Of a stretch of DNA of 64,000 bases, positions 1 through 10,821 are shown piece after piece. Under the pieces are notes generated by a model that saw only the letters and a list, made by a program, of their open reading frames with translations, was not told where the DNA came from and did no database searches. The stretch spans positions 96,001 through 160,000 of the IMG/VR virus record IMGVR_UViG_3300032038_009890; one strand, 5' to 3'. The stretch's first letter is position 1. The number at the start of each line of letters is the position of its first letter. The DNA comes from a virus (taxonomy: Duplodnaviria; Caudoviricetes). A program made the translations under genes and the position numbers.

Positions 1-1226
1 TAGTCGATAAATTTATTCATGTTGCTTTTTTTTATTTTAATTCCTGATGCGTTCTCGTGTCCAAAGGCTTCACCAAGTCCACTTTCGTTAATGATTCTCT
101 GGAAGTTATCTACTCCAACCGCTCTCATTGAACCGCTGTAATAATCCGATTCTTCATTGCTAATGATTATAATCGGTCTATTGTATTTAAATACGATTTT
201 ATTGCCCACAACACCGCTAATTCCGTGATCAGTTTTGATATATACTACCATCATCTTTTTATTGATTTGGTCCATACATTGTTTTTCGATGTCGCTCATT
301 ATGGAATCAATTTCAAGGTTCTGCTCATCTTTGCATTTCTTGAGGATTTTAATATTTTCATTAATTACTTTTTCATCATCAGATAGAAATGCTTTTAATG
401 CATATTCGTTCTTACCCAATCTTACACTTGCGTTTACTACAGGCCCAAGGCTAAATGAAATTGATCGTGAATTCCAACCAAAGCCACCTCCGGCGAGTTT
501 AGCAATTGCAGGATTGTTAATTCTTTCAAGCCCCCTACTCACAATATATCTATTTTCGGGGACAGACATATCCATTAGATCACCCACGATGCCCGAAGCA
601 CTGAGATCATACAAATCTTCTGCATAATCCGTTCCAAGAAGTTTATCCAAATATAAAACAAACTTCATACAAACTCCCGCACCAGATAATTCAGTATTTC
701 CATAATTGCGTTGAGATGTTACAAGAGTTATCCATCTGTCATACAGTACTTTGGGGTTTATGGTATGATGATCTAAGACAATAACATCACTTACATTAGA
801 ATCTCTTTGCACTTCTTCATAATTAAACGCTGTTGGGTCAAGTGAATCTACAATAATAAGCAAATCACAAATTTTATACTTTTCAAGATCATTCTTCTGA
901 AGTCCATGATTCTTTGTGGGATTTATAAATGTAACCAAATCCGCATCACTGTCAAGTTTTTTCAAATACCTATAAATAATTGCGGCAGATGTAATACCAT
1001 CTAAGTCCACGTCACCAAATACTCCAATTTTCTTCTTCGCTTCAACATAGCTCAGTACTATCTGCGCCGCATTTTCAATATTTTCTAAATCTTCTAAAGG
1101 AAGCATATCTTTTATAACAGGATTCAAAAATGCTTCTTTATCTTCAATTCCTCTATCAGATAATACCTGATCGACAACCTGTCCACCAGTCATTCCTCTA
1201 CAATCTGATTTTACGTTAATTTTCAT
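1..1226 (-). CDS. recJ: RecJ-like DHH ssDNA exonuclease (SPbeta YorK-like), 3' end runs off the window
   Basis: Not in the ORF track. ATG at 1226 abuts the primase stop. Manual translation gives MKINVKSDCRG...GVFGDVDLDGITSAAII...IVDS...LDHH, which are the DHH-family motifs. Confidence 0.85.
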   Translation of the reverse strand, partial: MKINVKSDCRGMTGGQVVDQVLSDRGIEDKEAFLNPVIKDMLPLEDLENIENAAQIVLSYVEAKKKIGVFGDVDLDGITSAAIIYRYLKKLDSDADLVTFINPTKNHGLQKNDLEKYKICDLLIIVDSLDPTAFNYEEVQRDSNVSDVIVLDHHTINPKVLYDRWITLVTSQRNYGNTELSGAGVCMKFVLYLDKLLGTDYAEDLYDLSASGIVGDLMDMSVPENRYIVSRGLERINNPAIAKLAGGGFGWNSRSISFSLGPVVNASVRLGKNEYALKAFLSDDEKVINENIKILKKCKDEQNLEIDSIMSDIEKQCMDQINKKMMVVYIKTDHGISGVVGNKIVFKYNRPIIIISNEESDYYSGSMRAVGVDNFQRIINESGLGEAFGHENASGIKIKKSNMNKFID

Positions 1227-2237
1227 TCAAATATACTCTATCTCCTCTTTCAATATCCGCTCCAACTCACTCTTTCCCAGATCACTCGGCGAATATTTCT
1301 CTTTATATCCACTCTTCTGCCAGTCCCAATAACCTACTAGAGTATCAGAGAATCTACCAAACCTCTTATACATTGTTACATTTTTCAGAATAGACTCCAT
1401 TTCATACCCTACATCATGAAGGAATATAACTTCGCGTGGCTTCGCCTCATATAGCATCTTAATCTGATTCCTACTTATACTTCCAGAACCAAGTCCGACC
1501 GCATTTCTGTAGCCAAAACTATAGCACTGCATGACAGATTTCTCGGCCTCAAAAATCAGTACCTTGCTTTCCGTCAAGTAATTATAATTAAGTGCATACC
1601 CATAAAGCGTCTTGCTACACTGACAAGGCAATGGATACCAGTACTTCTGCTCACCCTCTTCAACTGGGTGGTTTACACGCTCCTTGATACCCATCAAGGA
1701 CCCAAATTGATCTAATACGGGAATAACAACCCCGTCGTTTTCCACATCAAACCGTATATCAAAAAATTTCTGTGCCCGGAGAGATATATGGTCACGCAGA
1801 AACATTTCATTTGCAACCTTTTCATACTTACCAAGCACAGAAATATCATAAGTTTTAGGCGGAGATGACTCCGTAGGCCTCTTTATTTTATTATAGAATC
1901 CTCCAAAAGCCTTTTTCTTTTTTTCATAGAAGTATGAGTAATCACTAATACCTAACTCACTGTTTACAACGCTTATAATATCTTTAAACGTTACTCCGCG
2001 CTGTTCCATTATATAAGAAAAAAAGTCTTTATTTATATTTCTAGGATAATCAATAACATATAAGTACTGATTATTTTCTAATCTAATCACAATGCTTTTC
2101 GCAGAGGAATCCGCATCTCTACCAAAAGACATATACTTATTATTATGTATTTTAATATTGGCGTAGCCGAAATATTCCAAGACATTTTGAATGACTTCTG
2201 GAGAGTTAAGCAATTCCTCTTTGATATCTGATAACAT
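1227..2237 (-). CDS. DNA primase, TOPRIM domain (YorJ-like)
   Basis: IFEAEKSV and FLHD TOPRIM-like motifs; lies between the helicase and RecJ. Confidence 0.8.
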   Translation of the reverse strand: MLSDIKEELLNSPEVIQNVLEYFGYANIKIHNNKYMSFGRDADSSAKSIVIRLENNQYLYVIDYPRNINKDFFSYIMEQRGVTFKDIISVVNSELGISDYSYFYEKKKKAFGGFYNKIKRPTESSPPKTYDISVLGKYEKVANEMFLRDHISLRAQKFFDIRFDVENDGVVIPVLDQFGSLMGIKERVNHPVEEGEQKYWYPLPCQCSKTLYGYALNYNYLTESKVLIFEAEKSVMQCYSFGYRNAVGLGSGSISRNQIKMLYEAKPREVIFLHDVGYEMESILKNVTMYKRFGRFSDTLVGYWDWQKSGYKEKYSPSDLGKSELERILKEEIEYI

Positions 2238-2241
2238 TGTT

Positions 2242-3861
2242 TTATTCTATTCTTCCGTGTTTTATTCTCGCACAACACGTCTCTCTGAAAATGGCATGGT
2301 CTCCATCATATTTCAATAGATATGCTATACCATTATCAGAAGAGTTGCTCCCCGATCTTGTTTTCTCGCAAAAAAGAACCCTCCACGTTGCATTTGGATC
2401 TGGTTCAAAAGGTTTTTCATACCATTTAGCTATCATTTTTGGATTGCCATCATTATCTGTAATTACATTACCATTTTTGTCTTTTGCTTCTTCCTCAATC
2501 CTTGTTAATCTAAATGGTTTGCAAAAGTACTTACTTTTACTATCAAGCTCTTCGGGATATAATGTCCTCATAAGCCATAAGTTTTCTAATACTTCTTTAC
2601 ATTGCTTACTATTTGATAGACTATTAGCAGTTAAGAATAGCGTACCACGCAAATACTCTGCTAACTGAATCGAAGCAATTCCTATCATGTTATATTTCAT
2701 CGCAAGCTTATGTAATTCCCTACTATCATGAACCAAGGCAAGGTCAGTTCTATTGCTATTTACATCTTTTTCTTCTATCTTAAAAGTATCATAGATAAAA
2801 CAAGTATATCCATCTCTTAATGCCGCTTCACGAATCTTTTTCTTAACAATAGACATATCTGCATCATTAATAGATATCAGCCTAATCTTGCCTTTATAGG
2901 TTTTATCCCAATACTCCTGTACAACTTTAAGCTGTTCTCTATCTTCTTCAGATATATCGCCATTAGTAAGCTTTTTCTTAGATAATTTAAAATACCTATT
3001 ATGCTTTCCGAGAAGCCATACAAGAAACTTTATCTTATATTTCTTAATACTCTCCTCATTTGAGATTATTAAAACCTTCTGATCTCTACTAGCCAAAGCA
3101 AAAACTAACGTTATAAGCCAAGTGCTTTTGCCAGTAGAAGAGAACCCGCCGATCATGTTTAATGTTCCAGGCAATAGCCCACTGGTCTGATTAGACAGAA
3201 AAGGAAAACAGTTAATTTCTCCTCCATTAATATCTGTTCCCGCCGAGGAAAAAGGAATGCCCGTCTCCTCACCATCGGCACAGCTTTGAATAAACTCATC
3301 AGTAAATGTCACTACTTCGTCCTCAAGAATTTTAGTAGAATAACCATTACCATATGTGGTTAGGCGGCTCTCCCACCAGTCTAATACTTCTTCACTTGTA
3401 CATTTACGAAGAAACTTTAGCGGAACACGCTTTTTATTATCGATCATAATAGGATTCAGCAGATTAAACCCATCATCATAAAGATGCAGAAATGTGTTTT
3501 CTCTTTGAAGCACATCTAAATAGGTCTCAAAGTTTTGCATATTTACTGTATCTTTTAACTGCTGAATTGTCTCCCATCCGCCAAGTTCCTCATATCTGTC
3601 ATAGATATCTGCTTTTAAGCTTAGTATGTCCACCTCGGTAATCTCGTTAATGTGGTTCTCGTGCAATGTCTTTATAATCTGGAAATAATAATCCCCATCC
3701 TCTGTGATGAAATCACTCCTTTTGAGAGTGGTCTCATCCAGAAGCAGAGGGTCTTGAAGTAGGCACCCGATTATATTACCCTCAATCGGAAGCCTACCCT
3801 TTAGGAGTGGCGCAGGATATTTCTCCTTCACACCAGACAAAAATTCACTCATCCTCATCAT
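2242..3861 (-). CDS. DnaB-like replicative helicase (YorI-like)
   Basis: Walker A GGFSSTGKS, ISNEE, FIYDTFK, SIQL and a C-terminal KTR motif. Confidence 0.85.
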   Translation of the reverse strand: MMRMSEFLSGVKEKYPAPLLKGRLPIEGNIIGCLLQDPLLLDETTLKRSDFITEDGDYYFQIIKTLHENHINEITEVDILSLKADIYDRYEELGGWETIQQLKDTVNMQNFETYLDVLQRENTFLHLYDDGFNLLNPIMIDNKKRVPLKFLRKCTSEEVLDWWESRLTTYGNGYSTKILEDEVVTFTDEFIQSCADGEETGIPFSSAGTDINGGEINCFPFLSNQTSGLLPGTLNMIGGFSSTGKSTWLITLVFALASRDQKVLIISNEESIKKYKIKFLVWLLGKHNRYFKLSKKKLTNGDISEEDREQLKVVQEYWDKTYKGKIRLISINDADMSIVKKKIREAALRDGYTCFIYDTFKIEEKDVNSNRTDLALVHDSRELHKLAMKYNMIGIASIQLAEYLRGTLFLTANSLSNSKQCKEVLENLWLMRTLYPEELDSKSKYFCKPFRLTRIEEEAKDKNGNVITDNDGNPKMIAKWYEKPFEPDPNATWRVLFCEKTRSGSNSSDNGIAYLLKYDGDHAIFRETCCARIKHGRIE

Positions 3862-4369
3862 CCTCCTCTATATCTTTCATCGCTCGTCTTTTATGTGACA
3901 CATATTTAATCGACGGAGCCATATAAAAGTCTTCGGCAAGAATTGTCTGAGGATTTTGGTTAACAACTGGATGCTCTGTTAGATAGTCTTGAATATTATT
4001 ATTAACTATCGCCATAAAGTACAATATACTTTTATACTCATCGGCAATAGCTTTCTTCCGTAGTATTTTTGCTATATTATCTATGTTATTATCAAAGTAC
4101 CATAATATTTCTTCTCTACTATATGATTCACGCAGAGTTTTAATCTTTGAATCAATCAATCTCCAACTGCTGTTCAGGGTGATATCAATACTTAGATCAA
4201 TAGAGAAATGCAAATCTTCTTTGAATTGTTTCTCTTTTTCTTGCTCTGCTATATAGTCAAGATATTCTTGCTTATTGCAATACCATAGATTCCTAGACCC
4301 TTTGCTTATTTTAAACCCAGTCTTTGTATTTACATCTTTTCTACATATTTGACATTTAGCCCTTCCCAT
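3845..4369 (-). CDS. Zn-finger replication accessory protein (YorH-like, possible helicase loader)
   Basis: N-terminal CxxC...YC; position immediately upstream of the helicase. Confidence 0.5.
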   Translation of the reverse strand: MGRAKCQICRKDVNTKTGFKISKGSRNLWYCNKQEYLDYIAEQEKEKQFKEDLHFSIDLSIDITLNSSWRLIDSKIKTLRESYSREEILWYFDNNIDNIAKILRKKAIADEYKSILYFMAIVNNNIQDYLTEHPVVNQNPQTILAEDFYMAPSIKYVSHKRRAMKDIEEDDEDE

Positions 4370-4387
4370 TATATGGCCCCGTCTAAA

Positions 4388-5515
4388 TTAATCTTCACAC
4401 ATCGATAGAATCTCTTCAAGGCCATCCTTGTCTACATCGGCAAGCTTGCCATATGTACCAATAAACTTCCTCACAAGGACTTTCTTTTCTGTCGAGATCG
4501 TCTTTAAAACTTCTCGTACTTTGGCGCGAAGATCATCAACTGAGACTTCTTCCTCAAAATTTTCGCCAGATTCAGCCGCAATCATCTCTTCTTGATCTTC
4601 AATCATCTCCTCAATTTCTTCTTCTGTCGGGGTAGGTTCTTCGATTTTTTTCTTAACGACTGGCTTTTTGCCGAGGTTAAGCTTCGACTTTTCCATACCA
4701 TTTTCTACAATTTCGATAAATTCCTTTGCCATATTAGGCTTATCAAAAATCATATACTCAGGCACAGCACCAAAAGCAAAACGCCCGCCCGCATCAATTA
4801 GCGGAGTCTCGCGGAAATACAGCTTGCGCACTGTCTCAGTAGCTCTGCGCTTTTTCTTGTCGCCGTCCTCGATCTCTTCGATATTCCTATCAATTACACC
4901 TGTTAAAGTAACATCAAAGATGTCTCCAAAGGCTGACTCATAATCGGCGCTTAGATTAGAGGATAACTGCATATATCCGTCCTCATCTAAGCCGCCCTTT
5001 TCCTTAATCGTTTTAAATTTTGTATGTGCAATTGCCCAAAGACCAAATCCTGCCTCCTGAAGATCATTCATATACGGTTTAATTAGATTGTTCGCCGAAT
5101 ACTTTTCTCCTGCCGTATATCCCCCGAAGGCGGCTTTAATAGACTTAACCTGCTTCTTAGGATTCTCGATATTGCTTAGACGAATTGTCTCCGTATCTGC
5201 CAAAAGAGCAAATTCGTCAACAGTATCAAAAGCAATAATCTCAATCTCATGCTCCTTACCCTTCTCCTCGATCAGCCACTTTTTAAGCTCTTTAAGGTCC
5301 TTCCAACTCGTTGCATGCACACAGTTAATATTATCAAGAAACTTATATCCCACTTCGTGCCCACAGGCGACTAAGAGTCCTTTTGCGGGGTCTCCATATT
5401 TCTCTAAAATTACATCTCTAAAAAGCGTACTCTTTCCAAACTTTTTCGTAGATCGTAAATAGATTGAAACGTTCTTAATATCAGGTTTAATTACGTTAAT
5501 TTGTGGTTTCTTCAT
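4388..5515 (-). CDS. AAA_24 / Sak4-like P-loop ATPase (YorG-like)
   Basis: STKKFGKST Walker A, IAFDTVD Walker B, IAH motif. Confidence 0.8.
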   Translation of the reverse strand: MKKPQINVIKPDIKNVSIYLRSTKKFGKSTLFRDVILEKYGDPAKGLLVACGHEVGYKFLDNINCVHATSWKDLKELKKWLIEEKGKEHEIEIIAFDTVDEFALLADTETIRLSNIENPKKQVKSIKAAFGGYTAGEKYSANNLIKPYMNDLQEAGFGLWAIAHTKFKTIKEKGGLDEDGYMQLSSNLSADYESAFGDIFDVTLTGVIDRNIEEIEDGDKKKRRATETVRKLYFRETPLIDAGGRFAFGAVPEYMIFDKPNMAKEFIEIVENGMEKSKLNLGKKPVVKKKIEEPTPTEEEIEEMIEDQEEMIAAESGENFEEEVSVDDLRAKVREVLKTISTEKKVLVRKFIGTYGKLADVDKDGLEEILSMCED

Positions 5516-5613
5516 TCTTTTATTATACCTTTCGTCATTTAGTCATAGTAATCGTTGTCCTCGGCAGTCACTGCCGATATGCTTTACGGATTAATTACTA
5601 TGTTGTAGTTTAA

Positions 5614-6882
5614 TTACCAGTCAAGATCGTCGTCGTTCCCACTCTCGCTCTCTTCGTCAGGTTCCTTATCTAGAGGCGGGATAAACAAATCTTCGGGCTT
5701 GTATGAAGTCTTCTTGCGTCCCTTGGTATAACTTGCCTTATCAGAGTTAGAAGTCAGCACACCCTTATAGACATTCTCTGTTACGCGCTCACCATAGATG
5801 CTTCCACCCATGTCAGCAATAATCTCATCCATAGAGATAATACCAAGCTCTAGGTCCTCGCGCACATCTTCATCTAGGTCTTCAATTTTTACTTCGCGCT
5901 TCTGTGAGCCATTAAGAATATCAAAGCGCACACCATATTCGTATACTTCATCCTCATCTTCTACGGTAAACTTCTTAACAAGGGCCTTTGCACGTTTCTC
6001 GTCGTTCTCATCGCTCTCGCCAGTCTTCGCATCCGGGATACCCTTGGGAATACTAAGCTTAAACTCACACGGAATATTCGTACTCTTTCCATAAGCCTTA
6101 GACCGAGCGGAGTCATACTCGAAAGTATACGCCTTGACAAAGTACTTCTCTTTCTCTTCTAACGACTCGCTATCCACAGCCCCGGCACTATAAAATAGCA
6201 CGGCGCTACCTACACACTGCTCTTCCGTCCCCGGCTTTGCCACATAAATCCTCTGCGGCCGCATATTGGTATACCACTGTTCCTTCTCATCACTATACTG
6301 ACACTCAATAGTCCCACGTACAGTAAAGATAGTATCCTTAAATTTCCCAGAGTTAAGCATCTTATTTACACACTCGGCAAAATCCCACTCTGAGATAAAA
6401 GTCTTATGTAGCTTCTCGGCCTTTTGAATAACCTCCTCAAGCTGAGATTCCTCTGCAATTCCAACAGATTTAAGCTCTTCATCGGTGAGGCTCTCACCCT
6501 CATGTACCCTTTGGCCAAATCGAGACAATCTAGTCCTCAGACCATACTCATTAAGATCAATAGAAAGTCTCCTAAACTCAGCGACCTTTTCTATGTTAGA
6601 CTCCAGATTTCTGTCTTTCCAAGGAATTTCAATCATCTCACCCTTATTGAGAGTACCATCATCGTTCTTCGTTGCTACGCCGAGTACCTTAATACAAGGT
6701 TTACTAATGTTTGGGAAATATCCTCCAGAAATGTTAAAGCGATGCCTGTTAGACCCATTAATACCAAAGAAAAGTAATTGTCTCCTAGTCCATCCAGAAT
6801 CATATGTATGTTCGTCATACGGTACAACATTTTCACTCTTTTGCATAGGTGCAAGTTTTCCTGTAAAAGTAAAATTAATCAT
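5614..6882 (-). CDS. Putative ssDNA-binding protein (YorF-like)
   Basis: FTFTGKL start, VRGTIE...Y OB-like strands, acidic C-terminal tail ending DDDLDW; sits in the replication block. Confidence 0.55.
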   Translation of the reverse strand: MINFTFTGKLAPMQKSENVVPYDEHTYDSGWTRRQLLFFGINGSNRHRFNISGGYFPNISKPCIKVLGVATKNDDGTLNKGEMIEIPWKDRNLESNIEKVAEFRRLSIDLNEYGLRTRLSRFGQRVHEGESLTDEELKSVGIAEESQLEEVIQKAEKLHKTFISEWDFAECVNKMLNSGKFKDTIFTVRGTIECQYSDEKEQWYTNMRPQRIYVAKPGTEEQCVGSAVLFYSAGAVDSESLEEKEKYFVKAYTFEYDSARSKAYGKSTNIPCEFKLSIPKGIPDAKTGESDENDEKRAKALVKKFTVEDEDEVYEYGVRFDILNGSQKREVKIEDLDEDVREDLELGIISMDEIIADMGGSIYGERVTENVYKGVLTSNSDKASYTKGRKKTSYKPEDLFIPPLDKEPDEESESGNDDDLDW

Positions 6883-7073
6883 TTATATCTATAATACCTT
6901 TCATCATTATTCACATCAAGATTGTTATCTTCTTCGTATTTAATAATATTGATCTGTCCGCAAAACGGACAATTTCCTAACTTTGCTGTATATCCTAATC
7001 CACTATAATCTATTTTTAACTCGTCTATTTGATAATCATGTATCTTCCCGCATTGGCAACATTTCTTTTTCAA
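6879..7073 (-). CDS. Small Zn-ribbon protein
   Basis: CCQCG...CPFCG; stop overlaps the next start. Confidence 0.55.
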   Translation of the reverse strand: MKKKCCQCGKIHDYQIDELKIDYSGLGYTAKLGNCPFCGQINIIKYEEDNNLDVNNDERYYRYK

Positions 7074-7132
7074 TTACCAATCCTCCCATCCTATAGGAAG
7101 GACTAAACCTCTTTGTATTCGTCTCCATCATC

Positions 7133-7507
7133 TTATTCTTTGTTTCCTCCCTTATTTTTCTTCTTGCTCATAGCTTCCTTTTTCTCCTCAAGCAACACCC
7201 TGTCAAGCTGATTCTGAATCCTAGCAGAAAAACTCTTGGTCATTGAATACTCATCCATATGCTCCTGCTTTGGAGTCCATGCGAAGTCCTTTAGGCTCGG
7301 TTCACGATTATCCCCCCGGAATTCCGGGCCTTTCGGAACATAGTCCTTCTTTACTTCCCCTTTTGCTTCCCTGCGCTCAGCAAACTTCAGCATCCTACGC
7401 TCATTACGCTCGGCGCGAATCTTCTTATTCTTTTCACGCCTTCCTTCTTGTTTATACCTCAAACACAGTTCATAGTGACGCTTATTAGGTTTAGACATCT
7501 TAATCAT
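7133..7507 (-). CDS. Basic hypothetical protein
   Basis: Lys/Arg-rich ORF directly behind a consensus promoter, with an AAGGAG RBS. Confidence 0.6.
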   Translation of the reverse strand: MIKMSKPNKRHYELCLRYKQEGRREKNKKIRAERNERRMLKFAERREAKGEVKKDYVPKGPEFRGDNREPSLKDFAWTPKQEHMDEYSMTKSFSARIQNQLDRVLLEEKKEAMSKKKNKGGNKE

Positions 7508-7532
7508 CTCCTTATCAAATTCTCACATTAAT

Positions 7533-7561
7533 ATTATACTACTTCAACCTGTTTTTGTCAA
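7533..7561 (-). promoter_or_regulatory. Sigma-A promoter for the replication operon
   Basis: TTGACA-N17-TATAAT, perfect consensus. Confidence 0.85.
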
Positions 7562-7568
7562 TTACTAT

Positions 7569-7817
7569 TCAATTTCCATTCAATAACCACTCGGTAACAC
7601 CATGTAATGCATTGCGTAATTTTTCAGCGTCTTCATCGCTTATAATAAAATCTTTATCTGTAACTCTATTATCTTCTGTTTTCAGCTTTTCTGGCTTTAA
7701 TCCCTTAATACCATTATAGATATTAGTATATAATGTACTCGCCGAGCATTCTCCGTGATACTTGGCCCATTCATATTCAAGCAGTTCCAGTACATGTTTT
7801 TTACTAATTAATTCCAT
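7569..7817 (-). CDS. Hypothetical phage protein
   Basis: Tightly packed ORF with a MELISK-type N-terminus. Confidence 0.55.
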   Translation of the reverse strand: MELISKKHVLELLEYEWAKYHGECSASTLYTNIYNGIKGLKPEKLKTEDNRVTDKDFIISDEDAEKLRNALHGVTEWLLNGN

Positions 7818-7820
7818 ACA

Positions 7821-8132
7821 TCACCTAGTATAATCCATTGAATCATCGTATTTCATAGTATAGCCCGGACTTTCCAGTGATTCGTCATCCCAGTAAAACA
7901 TATAGGTTATGCCACTGTACTCACAATGATCAGTACTTGTAATACGATATCCAAGCCCTACAAAGCCGTTTATAGTTTCATCATCGAAATAATGCTCCAC
8001 ATCCAATTCACAATAATAATCCCCATTATCTACAGCGTATTCAACTTCATCCATTATCTGCTTCGTTTCACACTCTATAATAGGGTCATGCTTCTCATGA
8101 TACCTACGATTAGCTTCTCTCGCAGTTAGCAT
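7821..8132 (-). CDS. Hypothetical phage protein
   Basis: Packed ORF; loosely similar to the paralogues at 55.7-58.3 kb. Confidence 0.55.
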   Translation of the reverse strand: MLTAREANRRYHEKHDPIIECETKQIMDEVEYAVDNGDYYCELDVEHYFDDETINGFVGLGYRITSTDHCEYSGITYMFYWDDESLESPGYTMKYDDSMDYTR

Positions 8133-8135
8133 ACA

Positions 8136-9275
8136 TCACTTCTCCTTTTCAGCTAAATGCACAGAACCCCTGTTTGGCCCTCCAGACATATAAATACGAT
8201 CAAAATCATATAGCTTTTCAAGCTTAATTTGATTCTCATTTGTATGCGTAATCGCAATGGACATAGTCCAGTCCTTTTCTGCATATTGCTCGAAATCTTT
8301 TACACATCTAGCTACAAGATCATTAACGTCCAGATAACCAAATCTAAGTCCGCCCTGATATTCATGAAACTTATTCGTCTTGTCCTCATAAAATAATGTT
8401 TTAGATTCTGTATCAAAACGCCCTGCTCCGTGCCGCGTCAAATAAGTACGGCTAACATAACAAACTTCCACAGTCTTTTCGCCGGGAATCCCCGCAATCA
8501 TTGCCGCCGGGTTTTGCAGTCCTGTATTGCTCGGAGTAGTGTTCTTGCCATAGCCAATAATGTTTTGATCAAGAAGTAAGCCCTGTCCATTTTCAAAAAT
8601 AATACAGTCGCGCTCTGGAATGACATTGCATAATTTTGTATCATAAATCATCAGGCCAAGATCATTCACATAATTCCCCAATAGATTATCATTGTATACA
8701 ATGTTTTCCCAAATACCTTTCAGTGAGATGCCCTTATCAGAAATTCTTTTTAGGAAATACTCATCTCTCACAAATCTTAGATAATCAAATACTTTACTAT
8801 GATTTTTATCTGCAAAGTACATCTGACTTATCTCACCAAAGGTGATACCCTTGCGCAAGATTGTCTCCCAAATACCTACCCCACAACTCCCGTGGCGCTG
8901 ATCACCACGAGAGTCTTCAATAATCTGGTTTGCGATCATATCAAATGGGGTAGTGATTAAACAATCAGGATGCACAAGTACAGTACCATGATGGACCAAA
9001 TCTCTATACTCCAAAGCATAATTCATTGGATTAACAATATACTGCTTTGGCAAGTAAGTATCCGCCCCCGCTAGTGCGCCAGAACCAAAGTGCTGAAACA
9101 CATGGCGAAAACCATTATCAAGTTGGACAGTATGACCGCGCTGACTCCCGCCATTGGAAAGTACAACAATACAGCTTTTCTTTTCCTGTTTGGCGAGACT
9201 GGCAAAATAATCAGTGATCTCACCCTTCCCCTCATCGCCGAGAGACCCACCTATAACAACTTTAATATCAGTCAT
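8136..9275 (-). CDS. Adenylosuccinate-synthetase-like protein
   Basis: GDEGKG, NGGSQRGHT, HGSCGVG, FENGQGLLLD, TTPSNTG, RTYLTRHGAG. Start moved to ATG 9275 behind GGAGG. Confidence 0.85.
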   Translation of the reverse strand: MTDIKVVIGGSLGDEGKGEITDYFASLAKQEKKSCIVVLSNGGSQRGHTVQLDNGFRHVFQHFGSGALAGADTYLPKQYIVNPMNYALEYRDLVHHGTVLVHPDCLITTPFDMIANQIIEDSRGDQRHGSCGVGIWETILRKGITFGEISQMYFADKNHSKVFDYLRFVRDEYFLKRISDKGISLKGIWENIVYNDNLLGNYVNDLGLMIYDTKLCNVIPERDCIIFENGQGLLLDQNIIGYGKNTTPSNTGLQNPAAMIAGIPGEKTVEVCYVSRTYLTRHGAGRFDTESKTLFYEDKTNKFHEYQGGLRFGYLDVNDLVARCVKDFEQYAEKDWTMSIAITHTNENQIKLEKLYDFDRIYMSGGPNRGSVHLAEKEK

Positions 9276-9292
9276 ACTGTCCTCCTTATTAT

Positions 9293-10177
9293 TTACCAAG
9301 TAATGCCATCACTGCTCTGCTTCGGCTGTACATAAGGAATTACATTCACATCAGTGACCGCATTAGTTACAATATCAATAATCACATCAGAAATGTTATC
9401 CAAATTGGCTTCTTTATAGTTTTCGCCCAAGCAAGAAAACGACTTCTTAATGTTTTCCTTGTCAAATTCATGCACTCCATGATTGACCTGAACATGATAG
9501 ATATCATACTTCGGAATCGTTTCCTTAAGCAGTTTACTTGTCTCAACATCCGCCTCAAGGGCATCTCCAGTAAAATGTCTAAGCTCATCCTTGGGAAGAT
9601 ACGGATTAAGCCTCTCATCACCAATAGTAATAATAATGCCCCTCTTCCCTCGATTCCAACAGTCCAACATGCAATGCCTTGTACCCATATACCATGCGGC
9701 CGTGTATGACTCAAAATAATTCCCGCCGCCTCCAAATTCGAACCAGAGTTTATCTAGCTGTTCTGCAATACGAATGTCTGACTCAAACTGGCTAATCTGG
9801 ATAGGCCCTCTGTCATAAGCAAGATCACCGATACCCATTATACAGAATTCGACATCCTTAATCTTTTCATACAGCGTTGTGATAATAGGATTCAATTTCT
9901 TTGCAATTTCTACGGCACATTGACCTAACGATCCTGTCACATCAAGTGCAAGAATTATAGGTACTGTAAAGGGATGCTCATCACTATCCAGACACTCTCT
10001 CATAACATTCATCGGGTCTAGTTCCTTCTGAATCTTACGGGATACAAACATATCTTGATTGCTAAAGTTTGAGGTAATCGAGCCATCGACACTATAACTT
10101 ACATTTAAACCGCGACTGGTAAATTTGCTAGTAGTATAATCACTAAACGATTTCTTTGTCCATGCTCCGCTACCCAT
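9293..10177 (-). CDS. vWA-domain protein
   Basis: MIDAS-like LDVTGS, GIGD, GGGGN...ESY, IGDE. Confidence 0.8.
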   Translation of the reverse strand: MGSGAWTKKSFSDYTTSKFTSRGLNVSYSVDGSITSNFSNQDMFVSRKIQKELDPMNVMRECLDSDEHPFTVPIILALDVTGSLGQCAVEIAKKLNPIITTLYEKIKDVEFCIMGIGDLAYDRGPIQISQFESDIRIAEQLDKLWFEFGGGGNYFESYTAAWYMGTRHCMLDCWNRGKRGIIITIGDERLNPYLPKDELRHFTGDALEADVETSKLLKETIPKYDIYHVQVNHGVHEFDKENIKKSFSCLGENYKEANLDNISDVIIDIVTNAVTDVNVIPYVQPKQSSDGITW

Positions 10178-10821
10178 TACTTATCAGTCTCCTCTTCTAC
10201 GATTTCTTCCTCTTCAAGTTCCCCGTCATCAAAGTCAAAATCAAACATGCCGTCAAACATGTTGTCAAATCCGCCACCACTCATCATCATGAGAGGAAGC
10301 ATATTACTCATATTTCCCATAACACCACCAGAGTTATTGGTATTACCGTTATTACCTTTCATCATCTCAGACATCATCATGTACTTAAAGATGTTGTTCA
10401 TACCGCCCTTCTTAGATTTGAAGTTATTCCCAAAGGCGCTGAAAATCTTGCCATAGAGATACTGATTTCCCATAAACATGTGTCGCTCCGGCAGAATAGT
10501 GTCTACAGTACTGTCTTCATAGTTAATCACAGTGATCTTACCATCAGCATAGTCAATCACACACTTCGGCTTTCCTGCAACAAGAATAATATCGCCCTTT
10601 GCTACCTTATTAGTAGGAATTACAAAGAAGAAATCCTCACCAATATCAAAAACAAAATTATCACAGTTAGTAAGCCGCCCTGTTTTCATATTGTACGTCT
10701 TATAACCATTATTCGTCTTGACAGCAATCTCACCATTCACAGATAACCTGCACATTCCGGGGCCAACCTTACCAAACATTCCATTTAAAGCACTACTAAA
10801 CATATTTTTCTCCTTATTCAT
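10177..10821 (-). CDS. Conserved hypothetical protein with Met/Gly/Asn-rich C-terminus
   Basis: Packed between cluster genes; MMM repeats. Confidence 0.65.
   Translation of the reverse strand: MNKEKNMFSSALNGMFGKVGPGMCRLSVNGEIAVKTNNGYKTYNMKTGRLTNCDNFVFDIGEDFFFVIPTNKVAKGDIILVAGKPKCVIDYADGKITVINYEDSTVDTILPERHMFMGNQYLYGKIFSAFGNNFKSKKGGMNNIFKYMMMSEMMKGNNGNTNNSGGVMGNMSNMLPLMMMSGGGFDNMFDGMFDFDFDDGELEEEEIVEEETDK

Noticed and set aside
8136-9275. PurZ / Z-genome pathway
   Set aside because: GDEGKG keeps the PurA-type Asp (PurZ typically has Ser there); no datZ/mazZ neighbours recognised; the context is vWA/Ter.
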